Shown here: piece by piece, positions 19,718-28,409 of the stretch
How positions within the stretch are numbered: position 1 is the stretch's first letter
Layout of the letters: the number at the start of each line of letters is the position of its first letter
Assembly: GCA_050950825.1 (NCBI GenBank)
Contig: JBMNIH010000007.1
Location: forward strand, 128,001 to 192,000
Origin: Clostridia bacterium
Lineage (GTDB): Bacteria > Bacillota > Clostridia > JAAYHZ01
Direction: 5' to 3'
Length of the DNA stretch: 64,000 bases
Made by a program: the position numbers and the translations under genes
Notes under the pieces: model-generated
Databases searched by the model: none
What the model saw: the letters and a program-made list of their open reading frames with translations, nothing else
Told to the model about the DNA's origin: nothing

Positions 19718-19911
19718 AATACAATTATATCAAGTATCAACAAAAAAGCAATACTTTTACGGAAAATTAAGAAATTTTTCTCATGGAATTCATAGGAAAA
19801 CAAAAGCTTATTCCACGAATTTCCATGGATCTCCAATTGTGCAGAATGAATGTTTACAGACTTTGTAAAACCGGTATAATATAATTGACTAACAGAAAGG
19901 AAGAATCGGAC

Positions 19912-20784
19912 ATGAGTGTAAAAAAAGCAATTATCCCGGCTGCCGGGATGGGAACTCGATTTTTACCGGCAACAAAAGCTCAGCCTAAAGAAATGTTACC
20001 CATTGTAGATAAACCGACAATTCAATACATCATCCAAGAAGCGGTGGAGTCGGGTATAGAAGATATCATCATCATTACGGGTCGTGGAAAACGCGCCATA
20101 GAAGACCATTTTGACAAATCCTACGAGTTGGAAGACATGCTTCGTAAGAAAAACGATATGGAAAAATTAGAGCTCATCGAAGCCATATCCAATTTGGGGA
20201 ACATCCACTACATCCGCCAAAAGGAACCGAAGGGCTTAGGCCATGCCATTTATTGCGCCCGATCCTTTATAGGGAACGAGCCTTTTGCCGTCTTGTTAGG
20301 GGACGACATCGTACGGTCGGACTATCCTTGCTTAAAGCAGTTGATTGATGTGTACGACCGATACAAAACATCCATTGTAGGAGTACAGCACGTGGACCGC
20401 GAAAGCGTAAGCAAATACGGAATTGTTTCCTGTACTCCCATCGAAGAGCGGGTGTTCAAGGTAAACGATATGGTGGAAAAACCCTCCGTAAAATCGGCGC
20501 CTTCGGATATCGCCATATTAGGCCGATATATTCTTTCTCCGGAAATTTTTAAAGAATTGGAACACCTTCCTCCCGGAAAGAACGGCGAGATTCAACTGAC
20601 GGATGCCATGCTGTCATTGTTGAAAAAAGAAATTATTTACGCTTACGAGTTTGAAGGAAAGCGCTACGACGTAGGCGATAAATTGGGCTTTTTGAAGGCC
20701 ACCGTCGATTTTGCTTTGGAAATGGATGATATCAAGAAGGATTTTTTAGATTACTTAAAAGCCGTTGTGGAAAAAACACAATAA
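19912..20784 (+). CDS. galU: UTP-glucose-1-phosphate uridylyltransferase
   Basis: PAAGMGTRFLPATKAQPKEMLP, VEKP, GEIQLTDA. Confidence 0.96.
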   Translation: MSVKKAIIPAAGMGTRFLPATKAQPKEMLPIVDKPTIQYIIQEAVESGIEDIIIITGRGKRAIEDHFDKSYELEDMLRKKNDMEKLELIEAISNLGNIHYIRQKEPKGLGHAIYCARSFIGNEPFAVLLGDDIVRSDYPCLKQLIDVYDRYKTSIVGVQHVDRESVSKYGIVSCTPIEERVFKVNDMVEKPSVKSAPSDIAILGRYILSPEIFKELEHLPPGKNGEIQLTDAMLSLLKKEIIYAYEFEGKRYDVGDKLGFLKATVDFALEMDDIKKDFLDYLKAVVEKTQ

Positions 20785-20817
20785 AGCCGTAAACCGGGTA
20801 AAAGCTTTGGAATTCAT

Positions 20818-20845
20818 AAAACCCCCGCAAAACTTTGCGGGGGTT
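20818..20845. terminator. Intrinsic terminator between convergent galU and purC
   Basis: aacccccgcaaa-ac-tttgcgggggtt. Confidence 0.8.
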
Positions 20846-20880
20846 AACCTTTAAAATGCGCTTTCTTTTATGTTCCTCAA

Positions 20881-21564
20881 TTATTCCGACAAAATATATT
20901 CGGATAAATCCATAGGATCCAAAACTTTTCCGTCTTTGTAAACGCGCATGTTGCCGGATGAAATCTCGTCGATTAACAAGACGTTGCCCGAATCGTCTAC
21001 ACCGTATTCCAGTTTAATATCGTACAGCTCCAAGCCTTTCTTTTGCAGATAATCTTTGATAAGAGCCGTGATGTTCCGCGTCATGGATTTGATTTCCTCA
21101 AATTGAGCGGCGGTCATGATGCCTAAAGCCTCCAACCCTTCTACCGTCACCAAGGGATCTCCTCTATGATCGTCCTTTAAGGTAGCCTCCACGTAGGCGT
21201 CCAATTTTTCTCCTTCGTTAATGTAGGCGCCATAGCGACGGATGAAGCTTCCTACCGCCCTGTAGCGACAAATGACCTCCAAGCCTTTTCCGAAGGGCTT
21301 CGCCTTTTTTACATCCATAGTGCCGTTTTCTACGTCGGCACGGATATAATGGGTGACGATTCCCGCTTTCTTCAGCATTTCGAAAAATTTGACCGATACC
21401 GCCAGGTTCTTTTTGCCGATTCCTTCTATGGAAAGACCTACGGTGTTGGCTCCGGGGTCAAAAACGCCGTTTTCTCCCGTGACGTCGTCCTTGAATTTTA
21501 AACGGTAATTGCCGTCATCCAACGCGTAGACGTCTTTTGTTTTACCTTCGTATACTTTTTTCAT
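20881..21564 (-). CDS. purC: Phosphoribosylaminoimidazole-succinocarboxamide (SAICAR) synthase
   Basis: YEGKTK, FKDD, EVICR..A.GS, KDD, DIKLEYG, DEIS..NMR. Confidence 0.92.
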   Translation of the reverse strand: MKKVYEGKTKDVYALDDGNYRLKFKDDVTGENGVFDPGANTVGLSIEGIGKKNLAVSVKFFEMLKKAGIVTHYIRADVENGTMDVKKAKPFGKGLEVICRYRAVGSFIRRYGAYINEGEKLDAYVEATLKDDHRGDPLVTVEGLEALGIMTAAQFEEIKSMTRNITALIKDYLQKKGLELYDIKLEYGVDDSGNVLLIDEISSGNMRVYKDGKVLDPMDLSEYILSE

Positions 21565-21604
21565 AATGTTTCCTCTATCCCTTCAACCTATAATTAATAT
21601 CCAT

Positions 21605-22480
21605 CTAAACCAATTCACGAATGAGTTGATCCGTATCACCGTATAGAAAATCAATGGGCGGAATTTGGATCATGGTGTAGCATCCCGGTTTTTGCTTGGT
21701 AACGGCGCGAGCCGACGAAACCAAGATTTGTCCCGTTAAAGCCGGATTATTGATGCTCATGTTGAATTCTACTCGTTGATTGCCGGTAACGCCGGATACG
21801 CCCTTTCGGAATAAATGGACACCGTGTCCAACGTCCTTCAGCTTATCAACGCTTTCGACTTGCATTACATGGGTTTCATCGTGTACAAAATAATCGTCTT
21901 CACGGATGGCCTTGGAAACGGTATTAAAATCGGCTCCTTCCTCCAATTCCACATATACCATTCGTCTGTGAACACCGGATCCGGTAGGGATGGTCATGGA
22001 AAGTGCATCCTTGATGCCCGGAATGGCTTTTACGGCGACGGTATGGCCCATGCTCATACCGGGTCCGAAGTTGGTATACGTAATTCCTTTCGGAAGCATG
22101 GCCGTCATCAGCGCTCTTACAACGGAGTCGCTTCCGGGATCCCATCCGGCTGCAATAATGGCGGCGCAGCGATGCTCCTTTGCGACGGCATCCAATTGCA
22201 AACGTACGTCGGCAATATTCGTATGGATGTCGTAGCTGTCGACCGTTGAAATCCCTTTTGCCAACAAAGATGCGGCAATACCGGGAACGGCACGGCTGGG
22301 AGAGCACAGAATCGCTACATCTACGTCCTTTAATTCCGATATATCTTTTAATAAAGGCACACCTATGGAGAGATTTTTTGATGTTACCACGTATTTTAAC
22401 CGTATGTCTTTGCTTTCCAACATCGCTTCATGGACCGCTTTTCCGATGTTTCCGTATCCTACGATTGCTGCGTTGATCAT
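21605..22480 (-). CDS. ddh: meso-Diaminopimelate dehydrogenase
   Basis: VGYGNIG, DSYDIH, GWDPGSDS, NFGPGMSMGH, NNPALT. Confidence 0.95.
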   Translation of the reverse strand: MINAAIVGYGNIGKAVHEAMLESKDIRLKYVVTSKNLSIGVPLLKDISELKDVDVAILCSPSRAVPGIAASLLAKGISTVDSYDIHTNIADVRLQLDAVAKEHRCAAIIAAGWDPGSDSVVRALMTAMLPKGITYTNFGPGMSMGHTVAVKAIPGIKDALSMTIPTGSGVHRRMVYVELEEGADFNTVSKAIREDDYFVHDETHVMQVESVDKLKDVGHGVHLFRKGVSGVTGNQRVEFNMSINNPALTGQILVSSARAVTKQKPGCYTMIQIPPIDFLYGDTDQLIRELV

Positions 22481-22733
22481 AGTTTTTCTTCCTTTTCCCA
22501 ATAGAGTTAGAAAAAATCATCGCTTTTTCTATGTCCATTAATATATATGAATCGGGATTTAATCGTCAAGGTGTTTCAAGTAATTTACAAGAATAAAAGG
22601 GCTAAAATCAAAGGAAAGGTATGAATAGGCCCCGTAAACCCGAAGAAACATCCCGGTTTCGACCTGTTGACGCATTATCAAAGTTATGGTATTATACCAA
22701 AAGTCCGGTGGAAAACCGTAAAAAATGAATCGT

Positions 22734-22810
22734 CGGAGTGTGGCGCAGCTTGGTAGCGCGCTTGCTTTGGGAGCAAGATGTCGGGGGTTCAAATCCCTTC
22801 ACTCCGACCA
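22734..22810 (+). tRNA. tRNA-Pro(UGG)
   Basis: Cloverleaf; anticodon arm cttgc-ttTGGga-gcaag; GGTTCAAATCC; CCA end. Confidence 0.97.
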
Positions 22811-22813
22811 TTT

Positions 22814-22846
22814 AAAAAGGATTTCAGTATTTTCTGAAATCCTTTT
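22814..22846. terminator. Bidirectional terminator
   Basis: aaaaggatttcag-N6-ctgaaatcctttt. Confidence 0.85.
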
Positions 22847-22861
22847 GCATATTTTATGCCT

Positions 22862-23587
22862 TTATCGGCTCCATAGGTCCGATCTTTGGATGGCGCCGAA
22901 TATGTTGGACTTGATATCCGGATTGACCTTTGCCATTTGAGCGAGCATTTCTTTAATCTCTTGGCGCTTGCTCTTTCCTGCGTGAGGGCAGGGGTTTTTC
23001 AAAACGGGAATTTGGTTTTGCTTAACGTACCTCAAAATGTCCCCTTCGCGGCAGTAGAGGAAAGGCCGAATAAGATAGACATTTTTGCGTTCCATATGGG
23101 TTACAGGAGAAAAGGTGTGAAGCCTTCCCTCGTAAATCATACTCATCATAAACGTTTCGATGCAATCGTCCCAATTGTGGGCTAAGGCAAGCTTGTTGCA
23201 GCCGTGAGCCAACGCCGCGTTGTTCAATGCCCCTCTTCGCATGTTGGCGCATAAAGAGCAAGGGTTTTTCTCCTGCCTGATTTCAAACACCAGTTTGCCG
23301 ATATAGGTTTCTTCGATGATATAGGGAATACCCAGTCCTTCGATAAAGGTACGAAGGGGGGCAGGGTCAAAATCATTCAAGCCGGACATGATCGTTATGG
23401 CACATAACTCGAATTTGACGGGAAAGAACTTCTGAAGAAGACTCAGTGCATACAGGAGACCCATGCTGTCTTTTCCTCCCGATACACCAACGGCGATTCG
23501 ATCGTTTTCTTGAATCATGTCGTAATCATGAATGGCTTTTCTTGTCTGCCCCAAAATCCTTTTATTTAATAATTTTTCTGCATCCAT
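22862..23587 (-). CDS. ttcA: tRNA 2-thiocytidine biosynthesis TtcA-family protein
   Basis: SGGKDS PP-loop, PCSLC..MRRG, H..DD, IRP, NPCP; start trimmed to MDAEK. Confidence 0.88.
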   Translation of the reverse strand: MDAEKLLNKRILGQTRKAIHDYDMIQENDRIAVGVSGGKDSMGLLYALSLLQKFFPVKFELCAITIMSGLNDFDPAPLRTFIEGLGIPYIIEETYIGKLVFEIRQEKNPCSLCANMRRGALNNAALAHGCNKLALAHNWDDCIETFMMSMIYEGRLHTFSPVTHMERKNVYLIRPFLYCREGDILRYVKQNQIPVLKNPCPHAGKSKRQEIKEMLAQMAKVNPDIKSNIFGAIQRSDLWSR

Positions 23588-23595
23588 ATACGGGT

Positions 23596-25527
23596 TTAGA
23601 TATATCCTTTCAAAGCATAGTCGAGTACGATAATGTCGTTGCGAGCGTGTAAGAAGATGTGTTCGCGATCCACAATCACTCTGCAGCTCGGTACTTCTTC
23701 GGCTAAGGTTGTTATCTTTCTTTTTTCGGAGAGGTTCCAAAGCTCCAGATTGTCGTTATTGACGACGACATAAAGTCCGGGCTTCTTGACGGGAACCGTT
23801 GCGGTGATTTTACCTTGTATGAATTCGGAGATATTTAAGGTTTCGAAGGTATCGTTCACATAATCCCAAACGTTGGTCGAATCCTTGTGGCTTACCAAGG
23901 CCTTGCCGTTTCCTAAAAGACCCAAAACCCGGGCATGGTACGTATCCTTCGCCGCTTGGGTTTTCTTTATCACCGTAAGCGTAACCGGATCGATAACGGA
24001 AAAATAGCTTTCGATCACTTCGGGGATATAGGAGCCGCAGTCGCCTTCCGGAGTGGATCCGCCTACCAAAACCTTCGCTTCGGGATCGTAAAACATCGAC
24101 CGTATCTGCTGTCCCGGTAAAACATCCTTTCTGTACTCGGATCGATTGGTTTTTGTATTGTATTTTACAAGCATGCAGCCGGGCATACCGTATTCGTTGT
24201 CGCAAGTATAGTAGAGGCTTTCGGAATCGGTTGCTCCCGCTACGGGACGCATGGCCGGCTTCGGCGGATGTACCACAACGTAAGGATTCTCCGGATAGAA
24301 CAAAGGAAGCTTCGGATCGTATTTTGCCAATTCGCCGGATGTATAGCTGGCCATATATACGATGCCGTCCATGTTCCAGGTTAAATTCACTTGGCCTGCT
24401 GCGGATACCATTCTGCCGCAGTCCGTACCTTCCCCGGTTTCCAAATCCACCTTCCAGAAGCGTTGGGTGATGAACGGCGTTCCCATGAGGGTTTTATCAT
24501 CGATTCGCATAATGCAGTCGGTATGGCCGCACTCGTCGGTATCCAACCGGCTGCAGACATCCATGCACTTTTCTCGAAGATTGATGCGATAAAAGTATCC
24601 GTAAAGGTTGACGGCAACGGCGGTAAAGTCCTTCGTAAAGGTGATTCCGTACGGATAGCAATTCTTGATCGTATATATTTTCGTAACCTTCCCCGAGGCC
24701 GTGTCCCATTTGACCAAGGTACTGTCGGAGGCTTGGCTCATGGCTCCGTAAATGACTCCCTCGGCGGGATCGTATAGATGCCATACGGCTTCTTCGTCCG
24801 GCTTGATGCCGTCCGTAAATTCGTTTTTCAAAGGATCGTACCATCCTTTTTCCGGGACGTAATACCGGTTGTCTACAAGAAGATAACTGTCTCCCACATT
24901 ATGGCCGTGATTCGGAGGAAAGCTTTGCATCAGAGTGATTTCGCAAGACACGGGATCCCAGCGGTAAAAGCCGACTCCCGGCGTGTTGATTAAAACGGTG
25001 TATGTACCGTCTCCGTTAGGAAAACTGTTGCCTAAGTATTTGTGAAACCACCGGTCTTTGTAGAACGTCACGACTTCTTTGGTTTTCGTGTCGAATACCA
25101 TTCCTTGCGTGCTAGGAGGCGTGGATACGGCGACGAAGACACGACCGGTTTTCGGATCATAGGGCATTCCGTTGAAAACCAATCCCCGGGCTCCTCCGGT
25201 GTTATAGCAGTGAAACTCTTCCGTATCCGGCTTGTAGCTGCAAACCTTGTCCATAAATCCGCACAGCCATAAGGTGTTGTCCTCCGTATAGACGGCGCTG
25301 TAAAAGCCGTTATAGGGAAGGCCGAACTTTTTAATCTTCGCATTTCCCCATTCGTCCACCAAAACGCCCGTACAGCCTGCATTTGCGTTATATGACGTGA
25401 TCCAGAACCTTTCGAGACCGGAAATAGGGTCCGTTCCTGCAGGGATAAGGCGTGTATTGATAAAAGGATCTCTGCTTTTCGGAACCTTGACCCGGTACAT
25501 TTTCCCTGAGTACTTCATAATGAGCAC
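23596..25527 (-). CDS. Hypothetical beta-propeller-rich protein
   Basis: Long ORF with repeated YDP/WD.-type turns (YDPKTG, WDP, WDTASG, VDLETG); no signal peptide. Confidence 0.65.
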   Translation of the reverse strand: MLIMKYSGKMYRVKVPKSRDPFINTRLIPAGTDPISGLERFWITSYNANAGCTGVLVDEWGNAKIKKFGLPYNGFYSAVYTEDNTLWLCGFMDKVCSYKPDTEEFHCYNTGGARGLVFNGMPYDPKTGRVFVAVSTPPSTQGMVFDTKTKEVVTFYKDRWFHKYLGNSFPNGDGTYTVLINTPGVGFYRWDPVSCEITLMQSFPPNHGHNVGDSYLLVDNRYYVPEKGWYDPLKNEFTDGIKPDEEAVWHLYDPAEGVIYGAMSQASDSTLVKWDTASGKVTKIYTIKNCYPYGITFTKDFTAVAVNLYGYFYRINLREKCMDVCSRLDTDECGHTDCIMRIDDKTLMGTPFITQRFWKVDLETGEGTDCGRMVSAAGQVNLTWNMDGIVYMASYTSGELAKYDPKLPLFYPENPYVVVHPPKPAMRPVAGATDSESLYYTCDNEYGMPGCMLVKYNTKTNRSEYRKDVLPGQQIRSMFYDPEAKVLVGGSTPEGDCGSYIPEVIESYFSVIDPVTLTVIKKTQAAKDTYHARVLGLLGNGKALVSHKDSTNVWDYVNDTFETLNISEFIQGKITATVPVKKPGLYVVVNNDNLELWNLSEKRKITTLAEEVPSCRVIVDREHIFLHARNDIIVLDYALKGYI

Positions 25528-25706
25528 CTCGATTCTACGATACTTTTAATTATCATATTTTTTCCTTTTTGTACTGTCAATACAATCCTTTGTTTAATCT
25601 GATAAATCTTATACGAATACTTGCCTTTCACCCGGGCTTTTGTGATATAATACAGAACTAATATTAAAAAAGTTGAATCGAAAAAAGAATATATACGATA
25701 GATTAG

Positions 25707-26999
25707 GTGGGAAATATGGAAAGGGTAAATATCGCTTTTTTGGGTTTCGGTACGGTCGGAACCGGTGCGTATAAGATCATTTGCAATAACGGAGATACCA
25801 TATTAAACAGCGACGGCATCCGTTTGAATGTGGTTAAGGTTTTGGTGGGCAATATTCATAAAAAAAGATCGATATGCTTGCCGGAGGGAGTGTTGACGGA
25901 CCGTTTTGAAGATATTATCGAAGACGACAGCATCCGCATTGTGGCGGAATTTATCGGGGGCGAATATCCTGCGAAAAATTACATCGAGCAATGCTTGCGC
26001 AAAGGTAAAACCGTAGTGACGGCAAACAAGGAGGTCATTGCAAAGCACGGCCTTTATTTAACCAAGCTTGCCAAAGAACATGGCTGCGGTTTGCTTTTTG
26101 AAGCGAGCTCCGTCGGTGCCGTTCCCGTCATACGGATTATACGGGAATCATTGCAGGCCAATAAGATCTCCAAAATTATGGGCATCATCAACGGAACCAC
26201 AAACTATATCCTGACCAAAATGGCCGAAGAAGACCTTTCTTTTGAAACCGCTCTGCAGCAAGCCCAAGATTTAGGGTATGCGGAACCGGACCCGACGGCG
26301 GACGTGGAGGGCTATGATGCTTTGTATAAATTGTCCATCTTGTCTTCCTTGGCTTTTCAGACCCAAGTACGAGTCGAAGATATTTATCGGGAAGGGATTA
26401 CGAAAATTAGCAAAGAAGATATCCAATACGCCAAAGAGTTAGGGTATGCAGTCAAGCTGGCGGCTATTGCCAAAAAGACGGAGGACGGAATTGAAGCTCG
26501 AGTTCATCCTACATTCATTCCGGAAAAGCATCCGTTAGCATCCGTTCGTGACAGCTTTAATGCCGTATTTATCAACGGCGACGCCATCGGAGAAATGATG
26601 TTTTACGGACAGGGAGCGGGGGATATGCCCACGGGAAGCGCCATTGTTTCGGACATTCTTCATGCCTGCCAAAATCCCTGCGGCGGAAACTTTTTGGATG
26701 TGGTAAAATCCAATTCCATCCGTGTAACCGACAACTGGAAAACGGCCTTTTTCATTCGGATGACCGTTATGGATAAACCGGCGGTGCTTCACGCCATATC
26801 GGGATGCTTTGCAAGGCACAATGTCAGCCTGTGGACGGTTGTGCAAAAGGGAAGCGGCGACGGACACAGCAAAAAAACCGTACCCTTGATTTTCATAACC
26901 CACGAAGCGGAAGAAAGAGAAATGAGAGCGGCGCTAGAGGATATTGCGAATGTAAAAGAAGTGACCGAAATCAATTGTTGTATTCGAGTGGAAAAGTAA
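25707..26999 (+). CDS. hom: Homoserine dehydrogenase with ACT domain
   Basis: GFGTVG, VVTANK, NGTTNYIL, GYAEPDPTADVEG, GAG.MPTGSA. Confidence 0.96.
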   Translation: MGNMERVNIAFLGFGTVGTGAYKIICNNGDTILNSDGIRLNVVKVLVGNIHKKRSICLPEGVLTDRFEDIIEDDSIRIVAEFIGGEYPAKNYIEQCLRKGKTVVTANKEVIAKHGLYLTKLAKEHGCGLLFEASSVGAVPVIRIIRESLQANKISKIMGIINGTTNYILTKMAEEDLSFETALQQAQDLGYAEPDPTADVEGYDALYKLSILSSLAFQTQVRVEDIYREGITKISKEDIQYAKELGYAVKLAAIAKKTEDGIEARVHPTFIPEKHPLASVRDSFNAVFINGDAIGEMMFYGQGAGDMPTGSAIVSDILHACQNPCGGNFLDVVKSNSIRVTDNWKTAFFIRMTVMDKPAVLHAISGCFARHNVSLWTVVQKGSGDGHSKKTVPLIFITHEAEEREMRAALEDIANVKEVTEINCCIRVEK

Positions 27000-27038
27000 T
27001 GCCAAATGGAACGGAAGAAAGAATGATGTAAAAATAAT

Positions 27039-27074
27039 AAAAGCCTTTTTGCGATGGCTAGCAAAAAGGCTTTA
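27039..27074. terminator. Terminator between convergent hom and map
   Basis: aaagcctttttgc-N8-gcaaaaaggcttt. Confidence 0.75.
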
Positions 27075-27087
27075 TCATCTTTTTTCG

Positions 27088-27858
27088 TTATTTCTTATTC
27101 CAAGGCTCGTCTTCTTGCAGAGTCATAATCAGGGGACCTTCTTCGGTTATGGCGATGGTATGTTCGTATTGGCAGCTTAAGCCTCCGTCTAAGGTGCGAG
27201 CCGTCCATCCGTTATCGTCGATTTTGCACATCCAAGTGCCGGTATTGATCATCGGTTCGATGGTAAATACCATTCCCGGTACAATTCGCGGCCCTCTTCC
27301 GGGTTTTCCGAAATGAGGAATCGCCAGCCCGTCGTGCATAACGCGTCCGATACCGTGTCCGGTAAAATCGCGAACAACCGAATACCCTTTCCCTTCCGCA
27401 TAGGTTTGTATGACGTGGGAAATATCCCCGATGCGATTGCCGGGCACCGCCTGTTCGATTCCCAAGTACAAACACTTGAGGGTGGTTTCCATTAATTTTT
27501 TGACCTTGCCGGAAACTTCTCCTACGGCATATGACCAAGCGGAATCTCCTAACCAGCCCTCCAAATTGACCACCGTGTCGATGGTGATCAGATCACCGGA
27601 TTTCAATTTGTACTTTCCGGGAAATCCGTGACAAATTTCGTCGTTAACGGAGGTACAGGTAGCGTAAGGGTAGCCCATATATCCGATCTGCTCCGGTATT
27701 CCTCCTTGGTCGCGGATGAATTTTTCGGCAATATCGTTAAGCTCCATGGTAGTGATACCGGGCTGAACAAAAGGCTTTATGTGCTTGTGGCATTTGGCCA
27801 CAACTTTACATGCTTCATGAATTTTTTCGATTTCTTTCATTGAACGTATCGAAGTCAT
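27088..27858 (-). CDS. map: Methionine aminopeptidase type I
   Basis: SVNDEICHG, GDSA, GHGIG..MH, TIEPM, QYEHT. Confidence 0.96.
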   Translation of the reverse strand: MTSIRSMKEIEKIHEACKVVAKCHKHIKPFVQPGITTMELNDIAEKFIRDQGGIPEQIGYMGYPYATCTSVNDEICHGFPGKYKLKSGDLITIDTVVNLEGWLGDSAWSYAVGEVSGKVKKLMETTLKCLYLGIEQAVPGNRIGDISHVIQTYAEGKGYSVVRDFTGHGIGRVMHDGLAIPHFGKPGRGPRIVPGMVFTIEPMINTGTWMCKIDDNGWTARTLDGGLSCQYEHTIAITEEGPLIMTLQEDEPWNKK

Positions 27859-27953
27859 TGGTTATCTCCAAATATATATTTATCCTTTAAACAGTGTATC
27901 GAAAAAACACCGAAACGTCAAATAAACAAAAAAGCCCTGCAAATACAGAGCTC

Positions 27954-28029
27954 TGGTGGGTCATCGGAGACTCGAACTCCGGACACCTTGATTAAAAGTC
28001 AAGTGCTCTACCGCCTGAGCTAATGACCC
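27954..28029 (-). tRNA. tRNA-Lys(UUU)
   Basis: Cloverleaf on the minus strand, loop ctTTTaa, CCA end; promoter TTGACA(28075)-17-TATTAT(28052). Confidence 0.96.
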
Positions 28030-28409
28030 GCAACACACAGTAACATATAATAAAGCATTCGATTGGGATTGTCAATCTTTTTGAGAAATTTTTATTGATG
28101 TGAATTGCAAATGTGAATTGCAAAATTAAATTCTACCCTTAGTGCCACAATTATAGAACTTAAACCTGCAAATCTACATGTAGAAATTAACCTTACAAAT
28201 ATCATTTTATCATGTCCTCGGATTTATTGCCTGATTTATCGATAGACATAAGGTTGGATAGCTTTACTGACATTCTCCATAAGACAAACACTTTTTATAT
28301 TCCACAGATCTTCATTTCTGTACTTACATCTTGTGAATTCAACAGTATAATTTTATTTATGTGGTGTTATTGTTTCTCGGCAAGCCGGTGTTTGAAAGGA
28401 GCGCTAGTC

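Larger units (their letters stand above)
19322..19758. repeat. Diverged tandem direct repeat, two ~190-bp units with ~248-bp period
   Basis: Shared blocks: aaaaagag.aaaaaaa.ttgcactc, cgaatgaat.attcctgat, gagtgca, aggaggaa.aaaaatgaaaatagtattatt..ttgtgaca. Confidence 0.9.

Noticed and set aside
19322-19758. Possible CRISPR array or riboswitch in the repeated AT-rich region
   Set aside because: Only two long diverged units, no repeat-spacer periodicity, no cas genes, and no riboswitch consensus I recognise
19546-19836. 96-aa hydrophobic minus-strand ORF
   Set aside because: The Phe/Leu/Ile richness comes from T-rich sequence; there is no clear RBS and no equivalent ORF in the other repeat copy
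22559-22940. ORFs overlapping tRNA-Pro (also 35137-35409, 54433-54924 and 54436-54630 over other tRNAs)
   Set aside because: Translations of tRNA sequence, not genes
23588-23740. N-terminal extension of the ttcA ORF, and similar extensions on murB, the transposase, secY and nfnA
   Set aside because: They overlap upstream genes or promoters; downstream starts fit the family length and RBS better
25530-25706. T-box or amino-acid riboswitch upstream of hom (also checked upstream of ddh)
   Set aside because: The leader is too short after the extended -10, and no T-box or lysine aptamer motif is visible
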